From: an uncultured Eubacteriales bacterium
GTDB taxonomy: Bacteria > Bacillota > Clostridia > Oscillospirales > Oscillospiraceae
DNA: 64,000 nucleotides
Assembly (NCBI GenBank): GCA_900545515.1
Contig: UQZA01000002.1
Span: 31,345 to 95,344 of the forward strand
Direction: 5' to 3'
The notes beneath the pieces were generated by a model. The model saw only the letters and a list, made by a program, of their open reading frames with translations. It ran no database searches and had not been told where the DNA came from. Position numbers and translations under genes: made by a program. Each line of letters opens with the position of its first letter. The first letter of the stretch is position 1. Below, piece by piece: positions 47,942 through 56,995 of the stretch.

Positions 47942-48222
47942 CAGCCAAAGAGGCGGGAAAAAAATCCGCCTTCCCGCCGGGGCTCCTCGTAGATGAGAGC
48001 CGTCACCGTTCCGTCTACGGCCACCTGGCCGCCGTCCAGGGATAAGGTTTTCAGGTGCAGGTCCTGGCCCCGCACCAACAGAGTCCCCCGGCTGGTGCGG
48101 AGTACAACGGCGTTCTCCTCAAAGCTTACCACTTCCCCAACGCCGGACACGGTCAGCTTTTTTCGTTCGTCCAAGCTCAGCTTGTGGGGCTGCTGCAGCC
48201 CCCGGTCCTCCCCTTGTGCCAT
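47941..48222 (-). CDS. yabP: Sporulation protein YabP
   Basis: KLSLDERKKLTVSGVGEVVSFEENAVVLRTSRGTLLVRGQDLHLKTLSLDGGQVAVDGTVTALIY. Start after AGGAGG. Confidence 0.8.
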   Translation of the reverse strand: MAQGEDRGLQQPHKLSLDERKKLTVSGVGEVVSFEENAVVLRTSRGTLLVRGQDLHLKTLSLDGGQVAVDGTVTALIYEEPRREGGFFSRLFG

Positions 48223-48287
48223 GTGCCATGCCTCCTGTCTGGTTTGTTTCCAGTGTATGCAGGACAAGGGGGCGGTAGACATGAATT

Positions 48288-49193
48288 TCAGCGGCCCATT
48301 CTCTCCAGCTTTTCCAGAACCTCCTGAAAATATGGGGGAAGGGGCGTGGAGACGATCACAGGCAGGCCGGTCCTGGGATGTCGGAAGCAAAGGGTGGAGG
48401 CGTGTAAACATTGGGATTCCTGCCCCAGCTCCGGCTTCTTCCGCCCGTAAACGGTGTCGCCCAGTATGGGATGCCCAATGTAGGCCATGTGTACCCGGAT
48501 TTGATGTGTGCGGCCGGTTTCCAGGTGGCAGCGGATGTGGGTATAGCCCCGGTACCGGGTGACGGTCTCCCAGTGGGTCACGGCCTCTTTACCCCGGTCA
48601 GTGACGGTCATGCGCTTCCGGTCGGAGGGATGTCGCCCAATGGGGGCGTCTACGGTGCCCCGGTCCTCCTTCAGGTTGCCGCAAACCACGGCCTCGTAGG
48701 TCCGGGCCAGGGTGTGATCTTTTAGCTGACTGGCCAGGACGGTGTGGGCCAGATCGTTTTTTGCCACCACAAGCAGGCCGGAGGTGTCCTTATCGATGCG
48801 GTGGACGATGCCGGGGCGCAGGACTCCATTGATGCCGGACAGGCTCTCCCCTCTGGCGTAGAGCAGGCCGTTGACCAAGGTGTCGTCCCAATGCCCAGCT
48901 GCCGGATGGACGACCAGACCCTTGGGCTTGTTGATCACCAGGAGATCCTCGTCTTCATAGGCAATTTCCAAATCCATTTTGGTGGGGGCTACATCCAAGG
49001 GCTCCGGCTCTGGAAGCTCCACCTGAATTACGTCTCCTAACCTGGTGCGGTAATTTTTCTTCACGGCTTCCCCGTTGCAGGTGACGCAGCCGGAGGCCAG
49101 GAGATTTTGTGCAGCACTGCGGCTGAGCCCAGGTACGGCCTGGGATAGGAAGAGGTCCAGCCGCAGGCCCTCGGTCTCACAGATCAGCGTCAT
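48288..49193 (-). CDS. rluD: 23S rRNA pseudouridine synthase RluD (RluA family, S4 domain)
   Basis: VHRIDKDTSGLLVVAKN and TGRTHQIRVHM. Confidence 0.9.
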   Translation of the reverse strand: MTLICETEGLRLDLFLSQAVPGLSRSAAQNLLASGCVTCNGEAVKKNYRTRLGDVIQVELPEPEPLDVAPTKMDLEIAYEDEDLLVINKPKGLVVHPAAGHWDDTLVNGLLYARGESLSGINGVLRPGIVHRIDKDTSGLLVVAKNDLAHTVLASQLKDHTLARTYEAVVCGNLKEDRGTVDAPIGRHPSDRKRMTVTDRGKEAVTHWETVTRYRGYTHIRCHLETGRTHQIRVHMAYIGHPILGDTVYGRKKPELGQESQCLHASTLCFRHPRTGLPVIVSTPLPPYFQEVLEKLERMGR

Positions 49194-49680
49194 GATGGTT
49201 CTCCGTTTTCTTTTCCTCCCGCCAAAAGCTCCGATTGAAAAGCGCCAGATGGATCAGCAGCCCAATGGCTCCACAGGTAATGAAGCAATCGGCCACATTG
49301 AAGACTGGAAACGAGATAAAATCTGTGGCAATCATGTCCACCACATAGCCTCGGAAAACCCGGTCCAGAATGTTGCCCAGACCGCCGCCCAGAATGGCTG
49401 CCAGGCACCACAGCTCGAACCGGGCAAAAGGCAGGAATTTTTTGTGCAGGCCCCAAATCAGCAGGGCTGTAAACGCTACGAAAACTGCAATAAATAACCA
49501 CCGCTGACCTTGAAGGAAGGAAAACGCTGCGCCGTAATTTCGTACATAGGTGAGATGTACAACCCCCTCCAGCAGGGGGACGGCGCTGCCATAGGCGATG
49601 CGCTCCACCACGAAATACTTGCTGATCTGATCAGCGGCCACGATCAGCAGGGCCAGAAGGCCCATGGGAATGTAGCTCAT
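49177..49680 (-). CDS. lspA: Lipoprotein signal peptidase II
   Basis: MSYIPMGLL...NYGAAFS...FNVADCFITCG. It is the C-terminal 168 aa of the 358-aa track ORF. Confidence 0.85.
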   Translation of the reverse strand: MSYIPMGLLALLIVAADQISKYFVVERIAYGSAVPLLEGVVHLTYVRNYGAAFSFLQGQRWLFIAVFVAFTALLIWGLHKKFLPFARFELWCLAAILGGGLGNILDRVFRGYVVDMIATDFISFPVFNVADCFITCGAIGLLIHLALFNRSFWREEKKTENHHDADL

Positions 49681-49808
49681 AATCAGCCGCCCTTTCTGTT
49701 GTAAAATGTACCGATCCTCCACAAGGGCCGGTAGAATCGGATCTATATTACCACCGTCCCCATAAAATGTCAAAGAAAACAGGGCGATCGCTCCTGTGTT
49801 CCTCCACC

Positions 49809-50159
49809 TCAACCGGTCACGGCGTCTGGACCGCCTCCGCCGGAGAACTGGACCACCAGCCGGTGAGGCAGGCAGACGATGGGCTGCCCGCCCTGCCGCC
49901 AGCCGGTCTGGATGCAGTCGCCGCCGGGACAGTCTGACTGGGTTACGGCGATGGCTCCATTCTGGATGGTAACGGTGTTGCTTCCGTATGGGCTGTCCAC
50001 GGTAAAGCTCTGGTCCTGTGCCAGGGAAACCCGGCGCACCAAAACGCCGTCGGACCAAATTTCTGCCGACTGGGCCCTTTCCTGGGGCCAGAGGAGGAGC
50101 GCCAGGCTCGCCAGGAGCAGCCCGCCCAACAGGCAAATCCAAACTCTGGTTTTGATCAT
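49809..50159 (-). CDS. Secreted NusG-domain-II-like protein (DUF1312 family)
   Basis: Signal peptide, then TVDSPYGSNTVTIQNGAIAVTQSDCPGGDCIQTGW...IVCLPHRLVV. Often found next to ApbE. Confidence 0.55.
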   Translation of the reverse strand: MIKTRVWICLLGGLLLASLALLLWPQERAQSAEIWSDGVLVRRVSLAQDQSFTVDSPYGSNTVTIQNGAIAVTQSDCPGGDCIQTGWRQGGQPIVCLPHRLVVQFSGGGGPDAVTG

Positions 50160-51157
50160 GGCCCAATCTCCTCAAAGGCGCAGCCGGAGAAGCGGTCTGC
50201 CAGTCCTGCCGTGACGTAGACGGTTCCGGCTTCGGTGCAGAAGACAGCCTCAAAATCCCGGCCCTCCCGCCAGAAGTCAGACGCCTTCTCCAGGCCCATG
50301 ATGTACAAGGCTGTGGACAGACCGTCAGCCAGGAGGCCGTCTTCCGCTACGACCGTGACAGAGGCGAGCCCTGCACGGGCAGGCGCACCGGTTTCCGGGT
50401 CCAGGATGTGGCAGTAGCGCACGCCGCCAGCTTCAAAGTACCGCTGGTATCCCCCAGAGGTGACCACAGCCCAGGTTCCTTGCAGAGACAGGGTTCCCAG
50501 AGTTCCGGCTCCGGCCGGGTCCTGGATGCCAATCTGCCAGGGAGCTCCGCCCGGCTTTTCTCCGTAGGTCTGCACATTTCCTCCCAGAGACAGCAGGCCG
50601 CCGGTGACACCTTCCCCCTTTTCCAGGTATTCCGCCGCCAGGCGTCCGGCCCAGCCCTTTCCCACGGCTCCAAGATCCATTTGCGCCCCGGCTGCCAGAT
50701 GGGCGCAGGAGTTCTTCAGGATTAGCTGTTTGGAACCAGTGTGTGCCAGGGCCTCTTGGATTTCCGCTTGCTCCGGTACCCGGTAATGCCCTGTGGTAAA
50801 CCCCCAGAGCTTGGTTACAGGGTATAGACAGGGGTCCAGAGCGCCGCCGGTCCGGTTGCTTAGAGCCAAGGTTTCCCGGAACAGGTCCTGGATCTGCTCC
50901 GGCAGTTCCACCGTCTGCCCCCCGTTTAAGCGGTCAACCAGGGAGCCCGGCCGGGTGACAGACAGCTGCGCCTCCTGCTCCTGGAAGAGCCGGGACAGGT
51001 CCTGGACTGCAGTTTCCCCATGGCTGCCCCACAACTTGATGGTCATGAGGGTATCCATGGCGTATACCTGGGCCTCTACCGGCTGCCGGCTGCATCCCGG
51101 CAGCAGAAGAAGCAAAAGCAGAACCCCAATTTTGCACCGCTTTGTTTTCACAATCAT
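50156..51157 (-). CDS. apbE: FAD:protein FMN transferase ApbE (lipoprotein)
   Basis: Lipobox LLLPGC and ApbE core motifs (GAVGKGWAG, GGNV). Start MIVKTKRCKIG. Confidence 0.85.
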   Translation of the reverse strand: MIVKTKRCKIGVLLLLLLLPGCSRQPVEAQVYAMDTLMTIKLWGSHGETAVQDLSRLFQEQEAQLSVTRPGSLVDRLNGGQTVELPEQIQDLFRETLALSNRTGGALDPCLYPVTKLWGFTTGHYRVPEQAEIQEALAHTGSKQLILKNSCAHLAAGAQMDLGAVGKGWAGRLAAEYLEKGEGVTGGLLSLGGNVQTYGEKPGGAPWQIGIQDPAGAGTLGTLSLQGTWAVVTSGGYQRYFEAGGVRYCHILDPETGAPARAGLASVTVVAEDGLLADGLSTALYIMGLEKASDFWREGRDFEAVFCTEAGTVYVTAGLADRFSGCAFEEIGP

Positions 51158-51211
51158 TTCTCCTATCGAAAAAGGTGTGACCCGGAAGACCGGGTCACAC
51201 CGCAGTGACAT

Positions 51212-51409
51212 TTAGACGGGCACATTTTCCCGGACAATGACAAAGCCATCAACCAGATTGGCCTCCTGCAGCTGGCCCTCAATGGCAACCTGCCGTTCCA
51301 TCAGATCGGTGAGGATGACGCAGCCGTCCTTGCACTCTACCCGCATCACATTTTTCATCACAATGTCCTCCGGGGACATTTTATTTTTGTATACCGTGGA
51401 AAGACACAT
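51212..51409 (-). CDS. CooT-like small nickel-binding protein
   Basis: 65 aa starting MCLSTVY, matching the CooT N-terminal Cys2 pattern (MC..xVY). Confidence 0.45.
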   Translation of the reverse strand: MCLSTVYKNKMSPEDIVMKNVMRVECKDGCVILTDLMERQVAIEGQLQEANLVDGFVIVRENVPV

Positions 51410-51411
51410 GG

Positions 51412-51822
51412 TTAACCCTTCCTTTCATGCTCCAGGGCAGTCAGCACCGTGGACAGGCGCAGATTCCCCTTCTCGAAGTCTGACACAGCCTGCATCACCT
51501 GCTCATAGGAGCTGTGTGCCCCGGCTTCCTCCAGCTGCTTGGCCAGACCTGCCAGCTCCTGGGCGTGGGCGGCGTTGTGCCCCACCATGTATTTCATGAG
51601 GGCCATCAGCTCTTCCATGGGCGTGTGCTGGCAGCCGCCGCAGGCGCTGCAGTCCGCCCCGGCACAGTGCTCCTGCCCCTCATGGGTATGAGGCGCGTCA
51701 CCGTGGTCGTGCTCATGGTGGTCATGGTCGTGGTCGTGAGGATGGGTATGATAAGAATGAGAGTGCTCTACAGGAGAGCCTACATGATCGTGATCCAGGT
51801 GCATAAAGGGACTCCTCTCCAT
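51412..51822 (-). CDS. His-rich and Cys-rich metal-binding protein
   Basis: HLDHDHVGSPVEHSHSYHTHPHDHDHDHHEHDHGDAPHTHEGQEHCAGADCSACGGCQH followed by a helical C-terminal domain. Confidence 0.6.
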   Translation of the reverse strand: MERSPFMHLDHDHVGSPVEHSHSYHTHPHDHDHDHHEHDHGDAPHTHEGQEHCAGADCSACGGCQHTPMEELMALMKYMVGHNAAHAQELAGLAKQLEEAGAHSSYEQVMQAVSDFEKGNLRLSTVLTALEHERKG

Positions 51823-51839
51823 TGGCGTTTGCCGCCAAT
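51821..51839. promoter_or_regulatory. Inverted repeat ATTGGCG-TTTGC-CGCCAAT overlapping the start codon of the His-rich gene
   Basis: Perfect 7-bp arms. Confidence 0.35.
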
Positions 51840-51896
51840 CTTCATTTTGACCTTATTATACCGCACAGCTTCTCCTATGTCAAAGGATTCCGCATT

Positions 51897-51951
51897 GGGG
51901 AAAAAATATCCCCCTCCCTCCCTTGCACTGGCCTGGGGATGCTGCTATAAT
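51897..51951 (+). promoter_or_regulatory. Palindrome GGGGAAAAAATATCCCC (CsoR/RcnR-operator-like G/C tracts flanking an AT core) just upstream of the csoR promoter (-35 TTGCAC, 17 nt, -10 TATAAT)
   Basis: Read directly from the sequence. The pattern resembles known CsoR/RcnR operators (TACT-G6-N-AGTA type). Confidence 0.4.
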
Positions 51952-51990
51952 GATGAAAAACAGCAAGGATTCTGGAAAGAGGAACGCCCT

Positions 51991-52344
51991 ATGACACATG
52001 ATCACACCGGATCTCCCGGGGAAGAGACGCTTCATGACCACGCTTATCTCCATGCTCACGGCATTGCCCACAGCCACGGTCATGTTCACGCCAATCAGAA
52101 GGCGGTGATCAACCGCTTGGCCCGTGCCATCGGCCACCTGGAAAAGGTAAAGCGGATGGTGGAGGAGGGATATGACTGCTCCGAGGTTCTGGTACAGCTG
52201 GCAGCGGTCCGCTCTGCCCTGGACAATGCGGGGAAGGTGATTTTGCAGGACCATATGCGCCACTGTATGGTGGATGCTGTGGCGGCTGGGGATATGGACG
52301 CCATTGAGGATCTGTGCCAGGCTGTGGAAAAATTTATTAAATAG
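51991..52344 (+). CDS. CsoR/RcnR/FrmR-family metal-sensing repressor with His-rich N-terminal extension
   Basis: NRLARAIGHLEKVKRMVEEGYDCSEVLVQLAAVRSALDNAGKVILQDHMRHC is the DUF156 fold with a C-H-C metal triad. The N-terminus is HDHTGSPGEETLHDHAYLHAHGIAHSHGHVH. Confidence 0.8.
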   Translation: MTHDHTGSPGEETLHDHAYLHAHGIAHSHGHVHANQKAVINRLARAIGHLEKVKRMVEEGYDCSEVLVQLAAVRSALDNAGKVILQDHMRHCMVDAVAAGDMDAIEDLCQAVEKFIK

Positions 52345-52356
52345 GGAGGAACCCAT

Positions 52357-52599
52357 ATGGATTTAAAAACCTGCCGCTGGATGACCCGGCTGCTCTATGT
52401 GGGGTGCCTGGCGCTGGCAATCATTGCCCTCCCCCTGGACAACCAGATTCTGCGCATGGGGCTCCTGGGCGCGGCCCTGGCCCTGGCGCTGATGGTGGCC
52501 ATGGTCCGGGATAAGTTCTGGCGCTGCCCCAAGTGCGGAAAAATGCTCCCCAAAGGGGGCAAGGTTCGCTGCCAATCCTGTGGGTGGGAGATGCTGTAG
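52357..52599 (+). CDS. Small membrane protein with C-terminal zinc ribbon (CPKCG...CQSCG)
   Basis: RBS AGGGAGG. Two TM helices. Confidence 0.5.
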   Translation: MDLKTCRWMTRLLYVGCLALAIIALPLDNQILRMGLLGAALALALMVAMVRDKFWRCPKCGKMLPKGGKVRCQSCGWEML

Positions 52600-52619
52600 A
52601 CGGGAAGAGAGACGCTGCC

Positions 52620-53369
52620 ATGAGGTTGGATTTCTACTACTGGGCTGCGATGTGCCCCTTAAATATGGAAATGTTGGCGCTTTTACAGGCGTACAGCAGC
52701 CGGTTGGAGATCCACACCTATGATATCTCCAGGCAGCCTGACCTTGCCGGGAGGCTCCGTATGTTTTACCCGACCCTGTCGGTGGTCAACCACCGGCAGC
52801 GGTATTTCGCCCCCTTGCGCCGGGAGTTTCTGGAGCGGCTTTGTCAGGGGGAACTCCCCAGGCAGGTCCCCTATCACCCGGCACTGGGCAGAACGCCGGT
52901 TGCCGGTACTGTGCTCCCCATTACCGCAGAAAACCTGGACTTAGCGGGAAGCTGCACGGGGTGCAATGGCTGCCGGGGATGGAGGCAGAAGGCGGCGTTT
53001 TTGGAGGGCATGGGACTTTCTGTCTTTGGTTTTCTGCATATGCAGGAAAAACGGTTGCTTGGCGGAGCAGAATACGTCCCTTCTATGCAAGTGCCCTATG
53101 CAATCCCTCGCGATGCCAGGAAGGCGTTCCTCACCTGCGTATACCTGTCTGATGAGGCGTTCGACTATAAGACTACGCCTTTAAATGCTCTGGAGGCATA
53201 TCTGGGGGAGCGGTATGAAAGCGCTCTGGTGATTTCTGACGAGACCGGTGTCTTCCCCAACGGAGACCTGACGTTTTTCCTTCTGCGGGGCTATCAAGAC
53301 CTGGGCGTGGTGGCTCGGGAAGGGACGTACTGTACGTTGCATCTGTTGGAAAAACAACTCCGTACATGA
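52620..53369 (+). CDS. Hypothetical protein with CTGCNGC motif
   Basis: Start MRLDFYYWAAMCP. No recognisable domain. Confidence 0.4.
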   Translation: MRLDFYYWAAMCPLNMEMLALLQAYSSRLEIHTYDISRQPDLAGRLRMFYPTLSVVNHRQRYFAPLRREFLERLCQGELPRQVPYHPALGRTPVAGTVLPITAENLDLAGSCTGCNGCRGWRQKAAFLEGMGLSVFGFLHMQEKRLLGGAEYVPSMQVPYAIPRDARKAFLTCVYLSDEAFDYKTTPLNALEAYLGERYESALVISDETGVFPNGDLTFFLLRGYQDLGVVAREGTYCTLHLLEKQLRT

Positions 53370-53390
53370 ACTAAGTTGCGGTATGCCGCC

Positions 53391-54344
53391 TCAAAGGAGG
53401 GAGCATACCGCTTTTTCGTAGGCTGCATTCAAATTTGGCGGGACGTCTGCCAGCTTCACCCCCAGGCCCGATTGGATGGATACCTCCACTCCGGTCATGG
53501 GGTGGGGGAAGTGAAGCTCCCGGGCGCAGAGCTGCTGATAGGAAAGGCCCAGGCGGGTGGAGAGGGCTTGACTGGCCGTGGTTCCGTACTGGGGGTCTCC
53601 CAGCATGGGGCAGCCCAGGAAGGCGCAGTGGACCCGCAGCTGATGGGTCCGGCCGGTGAGGGGCTCCAGCTCCAGCAGGCTCCAGGCCGGGCCTTGCTCC
53701 AGCAGACGGTATCGGGTTCTGGCCGGTTGGCACAGGGGGTCGATGCGCCGGAGGAGACTGGGCTTGGGACAGCGCCCGATGGGCATATCTATGGTGCCCT
53801 CCGGCTCCGGTGGCGCGCCGTATACCAGGCCATGATAGATTTTGTGAAGCTGCCCCCGGGTGTGGATGTCGTTGAGAAGCCGGTGGATGTGGGCATTTTT
53901 AGCCAGGAGCACCAGACCAAAGGTATCCCGGTCCAGCCGGGTGGCTGGATGGAAGGCGCAGGCTTGGCCGGTTCTGCGGTAGTACCCCAGGACTCCGTTG
54001 GCCAGGGTTCCCGTCATCCGGTGGCGGGAGGGGTGGATCAGCATCCCTGGCGGCTTGTCCACCACCAAAAGATCCCGGTCTTCGTACCGGATCTCCAGGG
54101 GCATGTCCTCCGCCGGGTATTCGGGTTCCGGGTCGTCCAGCAATGCAGTGATCCGGTCCCCCGGCGTGACTTGCGTGTTGGTCCGGGCAGGTTGTCCATT
54201 GACCAGGAGGGCGCCCGTCCATTTCAGCCGGTTCATGAGGCCGGTGGACATGTTCAGCTCTCCCTTGAGAAAACTGGACAGGCGGCCGGACCGCACGGCA
54301 ATGTGCTCCAATTCCATGGCATTCTCCCAAAAGTTTTTCTTCAT
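53391..54344 (-). CDS. RluA-family pseudouridine synthase (S4-like N-terminus)
   Basis: LLVVDKPPGMLIHPS and TGRTHQLRVH. It is the C-terminal 317 aa of a 685-aa shadow ORF. Confidence 0.85.
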   Translation of the reverse strand: MKKNFWENAMELEHIAVRSGRLSSFLKGELNMSTGLMNRLKWTGALLVNGQPARTNTQVTPGDRITALLDDPEPEYPAEDMPLEIRYEDRDLLVVDKPPGMLIHPSRHRMTGTLANGVLGYYRRTGQACAFHPATRLDRDTFGLVLLAKNAHIHRLLNDIHTRGQLHKIYHGLVYGAPPEPEGTIDMPIGRCPKPSLLRRIDPLCQPARTRYRLLEQGPAWSLLELEPLTGRTHQLRVHCAFLGCPMLGDPQYGTTASQALSTRLGLSYQQLCARELHFPHPMTGVEVSIQSGLGVKLADVPPNLNAAYEKAVCSLL

Positions 54345-54367
54345 TATACCGGCTTTTCTCAGAGAAT

Positions 54368-55429
54368 TCAATTGCCTCTTTCCGGCTGTGCCATGGACCA
54401 GATTTCCAGGACGGTGATGGTGAGAACCGGGGCCAGAATCATACCCAGAATGCCCCAGAGCCGATATCCCATGTACAGAGCGACCAGGGTCAGCAGCGGG
54501 TTGAGCCCCAGCTGATGCCCCACCATGCGGGGCTCCAGAATGGAGCGGGTCAGAGCGGTAACGCCATAGAGGGCAATCAGCCCCAGACCCAGGGCCGTTT
54601 GTCCCTGCAACAGCACCAGGAGTCCCCAAGGTACAAGAATTGTACCGGTGCCCAACATAGGCAGAGCGTCCACCAGGGCGATGAGTGCCCCCAAAAGCAG
54701 AGGAAACTCCACCCGTAGGATGAGAAATCCTATGGTCAGCAGCAGGAACGTGAGGCCCATGAGCTTGCACTGTGCCCGAAACCATCCACCCAGGTTGACC
54801 CGCAGGTTCTGCAGCACCGGCAGGATCCGCTGGGACCAGGCTGGCGGCAGCTTCCCCAGGAGAAAGGGCCGCAGCCGTGGCAGCTGCGCCGAAATCATAA
54901 AGCTGGATACAACCGCCGTGCCCAAAAATACAAACGTATCCGGCAACGTCACAATGATCTGAGAGGCGGCCCCCAGCACCCGGGACACAGCGCCCTCCGC
55001 CAGGGCGGAGCCGTTGGAGAACAGCTGGGTAATGCTTTCCTCCAGCCCCGGCTGCAGCCGCTCCGGCGCGTCTTGGGCCAGGTGGTACAGCCAACCCTGG
55101 ACCCGGCCGGCAGCCTGGTCCAGGCCTTCCACCATTCCGGGCAGCCCGGAGGCCAAATGGTCCATCTCCTGCAGCGCCAGCCGTCCTAATAGATACACAA
55201 GGCCCAGCAGGAGCAGGTACACCCCCCCAATGGCGGCCCCGGTGGCCAGAGTCCGGGGGAATTTGGCCCGCCGGGAAAGGAACCTGGCCAGGGGCTCTGC
55301 AATCCAGGCTACGGCCAGGCCGACCAAAAATGGAAGGGCCAAAGGCAGCAAATAGCGCATGGATAACAGGGCTGCTGCTAGGATTCCCCCTGTGATCAAA
55401 AGCCGGTATCGATTTCCTGTACTTCGCAT
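54368..55429 (-). CDS. AI-2E family transporter (PerM/TqsA-like permease)
   Basis: 8-TM protein with the typical conserved loop. Confidence 0.8.
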   Translation of the reverse strand: MRSTGNRYRLLITGGILAAALLSMRYLLPLALPFLVGLAVAWIAEPLARFLSRRAKFPRTLATGAAIGGVYLLLLGLVYLLGRLALQEMDHLASGLPGMVEGLDQAAGRVQGWLYHLAQDAPERLQPGLEESITQLFSNGSALAEGAVSRVLGAASQIIVTLPDTFVFLGTAVVSSFMISAQLPRLRPFLLGKLPPAWSQRILPVLQNLRVNLGGWFRAQCKLMGLTFLLLTIGFLILRVEFPLLLGALIALVDALPMLGTGTILVPWGLLVLLQGQTALGLGLIALYGVTALTRSILEPRMVGHQLGLNPLLTLVALYMGYRLWGILGMILAPVLTITVLEIWSMAQPERGN

Positions 55430-55554
55430 GGCTCCTCCTGACGCACAATCTATGCTATTATGCAGAAATTCCTTGCATTTTCTGAGAAATATGCTACAAT
55501 GAACCTGGGACAAACCCCAGAAAACTAGTGAAAGCGACTACAGGAGGTTGCCTT

Positions 55555-55995
55555 ATGGCAAATAATCCAAAATACTACATCATTGAATCCTCTGCTCTGC
55601 CGGAAGTTTTTTTGAAGGTCGCGGAAGCCAAGCGCTTGCTGGATACGGGCGAAGCCTCCACCGTCAACGATGCCACCCGTCAGTCGGGCATCAGTCGCAG
55701 CGCCTTCTACAAGTATCGGGACTCCATTCTTCCGTTTCAGAACCTGATGGCAGGCCGGATCATCACATTTCAGCTGACCCTCCACGATGAGACTGGCAAT
55801 TTGTCCTCCCTGCTAACCATTTTTGCCCAATGGGGCGCAAATATACTTACCATCAACCAGACCATTCCCACCAATGGCTGTGCCGCCGTGACCATCTCCG
55901 CCGAAACCAACCATTTACAGACCTCCCTGGAGGAGCTGCTGCGGCACCTCAACGCCATGGATGGGGTGGTACGGGCAGAGATTCTGGCAGGTTGA
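55555..55995 (+). CDS. ACT-domain protein (UPF0735 family)
   Basis: Start MANNPKYYIIESSALPEVFLKVAEAKRLL after AGGAGG. Putative HTH plus ACT fold (ITFQLTLHDETGNLSSLLTIFAQWGANILTINQ). A promoter TTGCAT-16-TACAAT lies upstream. Confidence 0.75.
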   Translation: MANNPKYYIIESSALPEVFLKVAEAKRLLDTGEASTVNDATRQSGISRSAFYKYRDSILPFQNLMAGRIITFQLTLHDETGNLSSLLTIFAQWGANILTINQTIPTNGCAAVTISAETNHLQTSLEELLRHLNAMDGVVRAEILAG

Positions 55996-56164
55996 TTGCC
56001 TTTGGAGTGCATATCTGAGATTTCTTGCAGCCCCCGGCTCCCGGCCGGGGGCTGCATCTGTATGCGGCGTTTTTTGTCAGATTTTTCCCTGGCGGCGGTC
56101 ACGACAGCCCGCAGGAGCATAAGATGCCATGAGACAGCAGCGGCTGTCTTATGGAGGTGATACC

Positions 56165-56905
56165 ATGCTGATTGTGCAAAAATTCGGAGGGACCTCCCTG
56201 GAGGGGCGGGAGCGTATTTTCGCTGCGGCCCGCATCATCACCCAGGCGGCCAAGCGGGGCAGCCGGGTGGTGGCTGTGGTCTCCGCCCAGGGTCAGACTA
56301 CAGACGATATGATTGCTCAAGCCATATCCATTCATCCACGGGTCACCGCTCGGGAAATGGATGCGTACCTCTCCACCGGGGAGCAAGTCTCGGCGGGCCT
56401 CCTGGCTATGGCCATCCAGGCCATGGGATATCCGGTGGTTTCTCTCACCGGCTGGCAGGCCGGCATCCACACCGACGGCACCCACGGAAATGCCCGAATT
56501 CTGGGGCTGGGCAATGACCGGATTCTCCAGGAGCTGGACCGGGACAAAATTGTCCTGGTGGCTGGATTCCAGGGCGTGAACCAGGCCGGAGACATTACAA
56601 CTCTGGGCCGGGGTGGCTCCGACACCACGGCGGTGGCCCTGGCGGTGTTTCTCCACGCGGACCTGTGCCAAATCTACACCGACGTGGACGGCGTTTACGA
56701 CAAAGACCCCAGGCTGTACCCCGACGCCATGAAATTTGACTGGATCTCTTATGAAAAAATGCGCAGGCTCATAGCCGGCGGTGCGCAGGTGCTTCATGAC
56801 CGGTCCGTCGAGTTGGCGCAGCGGTTTGGCCTGGCCATTGAGGTTTTGTCCTCCTTTACGGGCCAGCCCGGTACCATTGTTTGCGCTGAGGAAAGCGGCA
56901 CATAA
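56165..56905 (+). CDS. Aspartate kinase catalytic (amino-acid kinase) domain, lacking C-terminal ACT regulatory domains
   Basis: LIVQKFGGTSL, VVSAQGQTTD, LSTGEQVSAGLLA, TLGRGGSDTTAVALA, YTDVDGVYDKDPR. The stop comes right after the kinase domain (…SSFTGQPGTIVCAEESGT*). Confidence 0.75.
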   Translation: MLIVQKFGGTSLEGRERIFAAARIITQAAKRGSRVVAVVSAQGQTTDDMIAQAISIHPRVTAREMDAYLSTGEQVSAGLLAMAIQAMGYPVVSLTGWQAGIHTDGTHGNARILGLGNDRILQELDRDKIVLVAGFQGVNQAGDITTLGRGGSDTTAVALAVFLHADLCQIYTDVDGVYDKDPRLYPDAMKFDWISYEKMRRLIAGGAQVLHDRSVELAQRFGLAIEVLSSFTGQPGTIVCAEESGT

Positions 56906-56995
56906 CGCCGGATGCCGGTAATGCAGTATATCCTGTCCCGGGCTCCGGTATGATTCCGGGGCCCGGCGAATAGGCTCTTTGCAGGGAGGGATTGG

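Noticed and set aside
53391-55448. 685-aa ORF on the minus strand
   Set aside because: Only the C-terminal 317 aa (from MKKNFWEN at 54344) form the RluA-like pseudouridine synthase. The N-terminal 368 aa are a Pro/Gly/Arg-rich shadow ORF overlapping the real AI-2E permease gene in GC-rich DNA.
55449-55554. Lysine riboswitch upstream of the ACT and aspartokinase genes
   Set aside because: The leader is only about 50 nt after a TTGCAT/TACAAT promoter, too short for an L-box.
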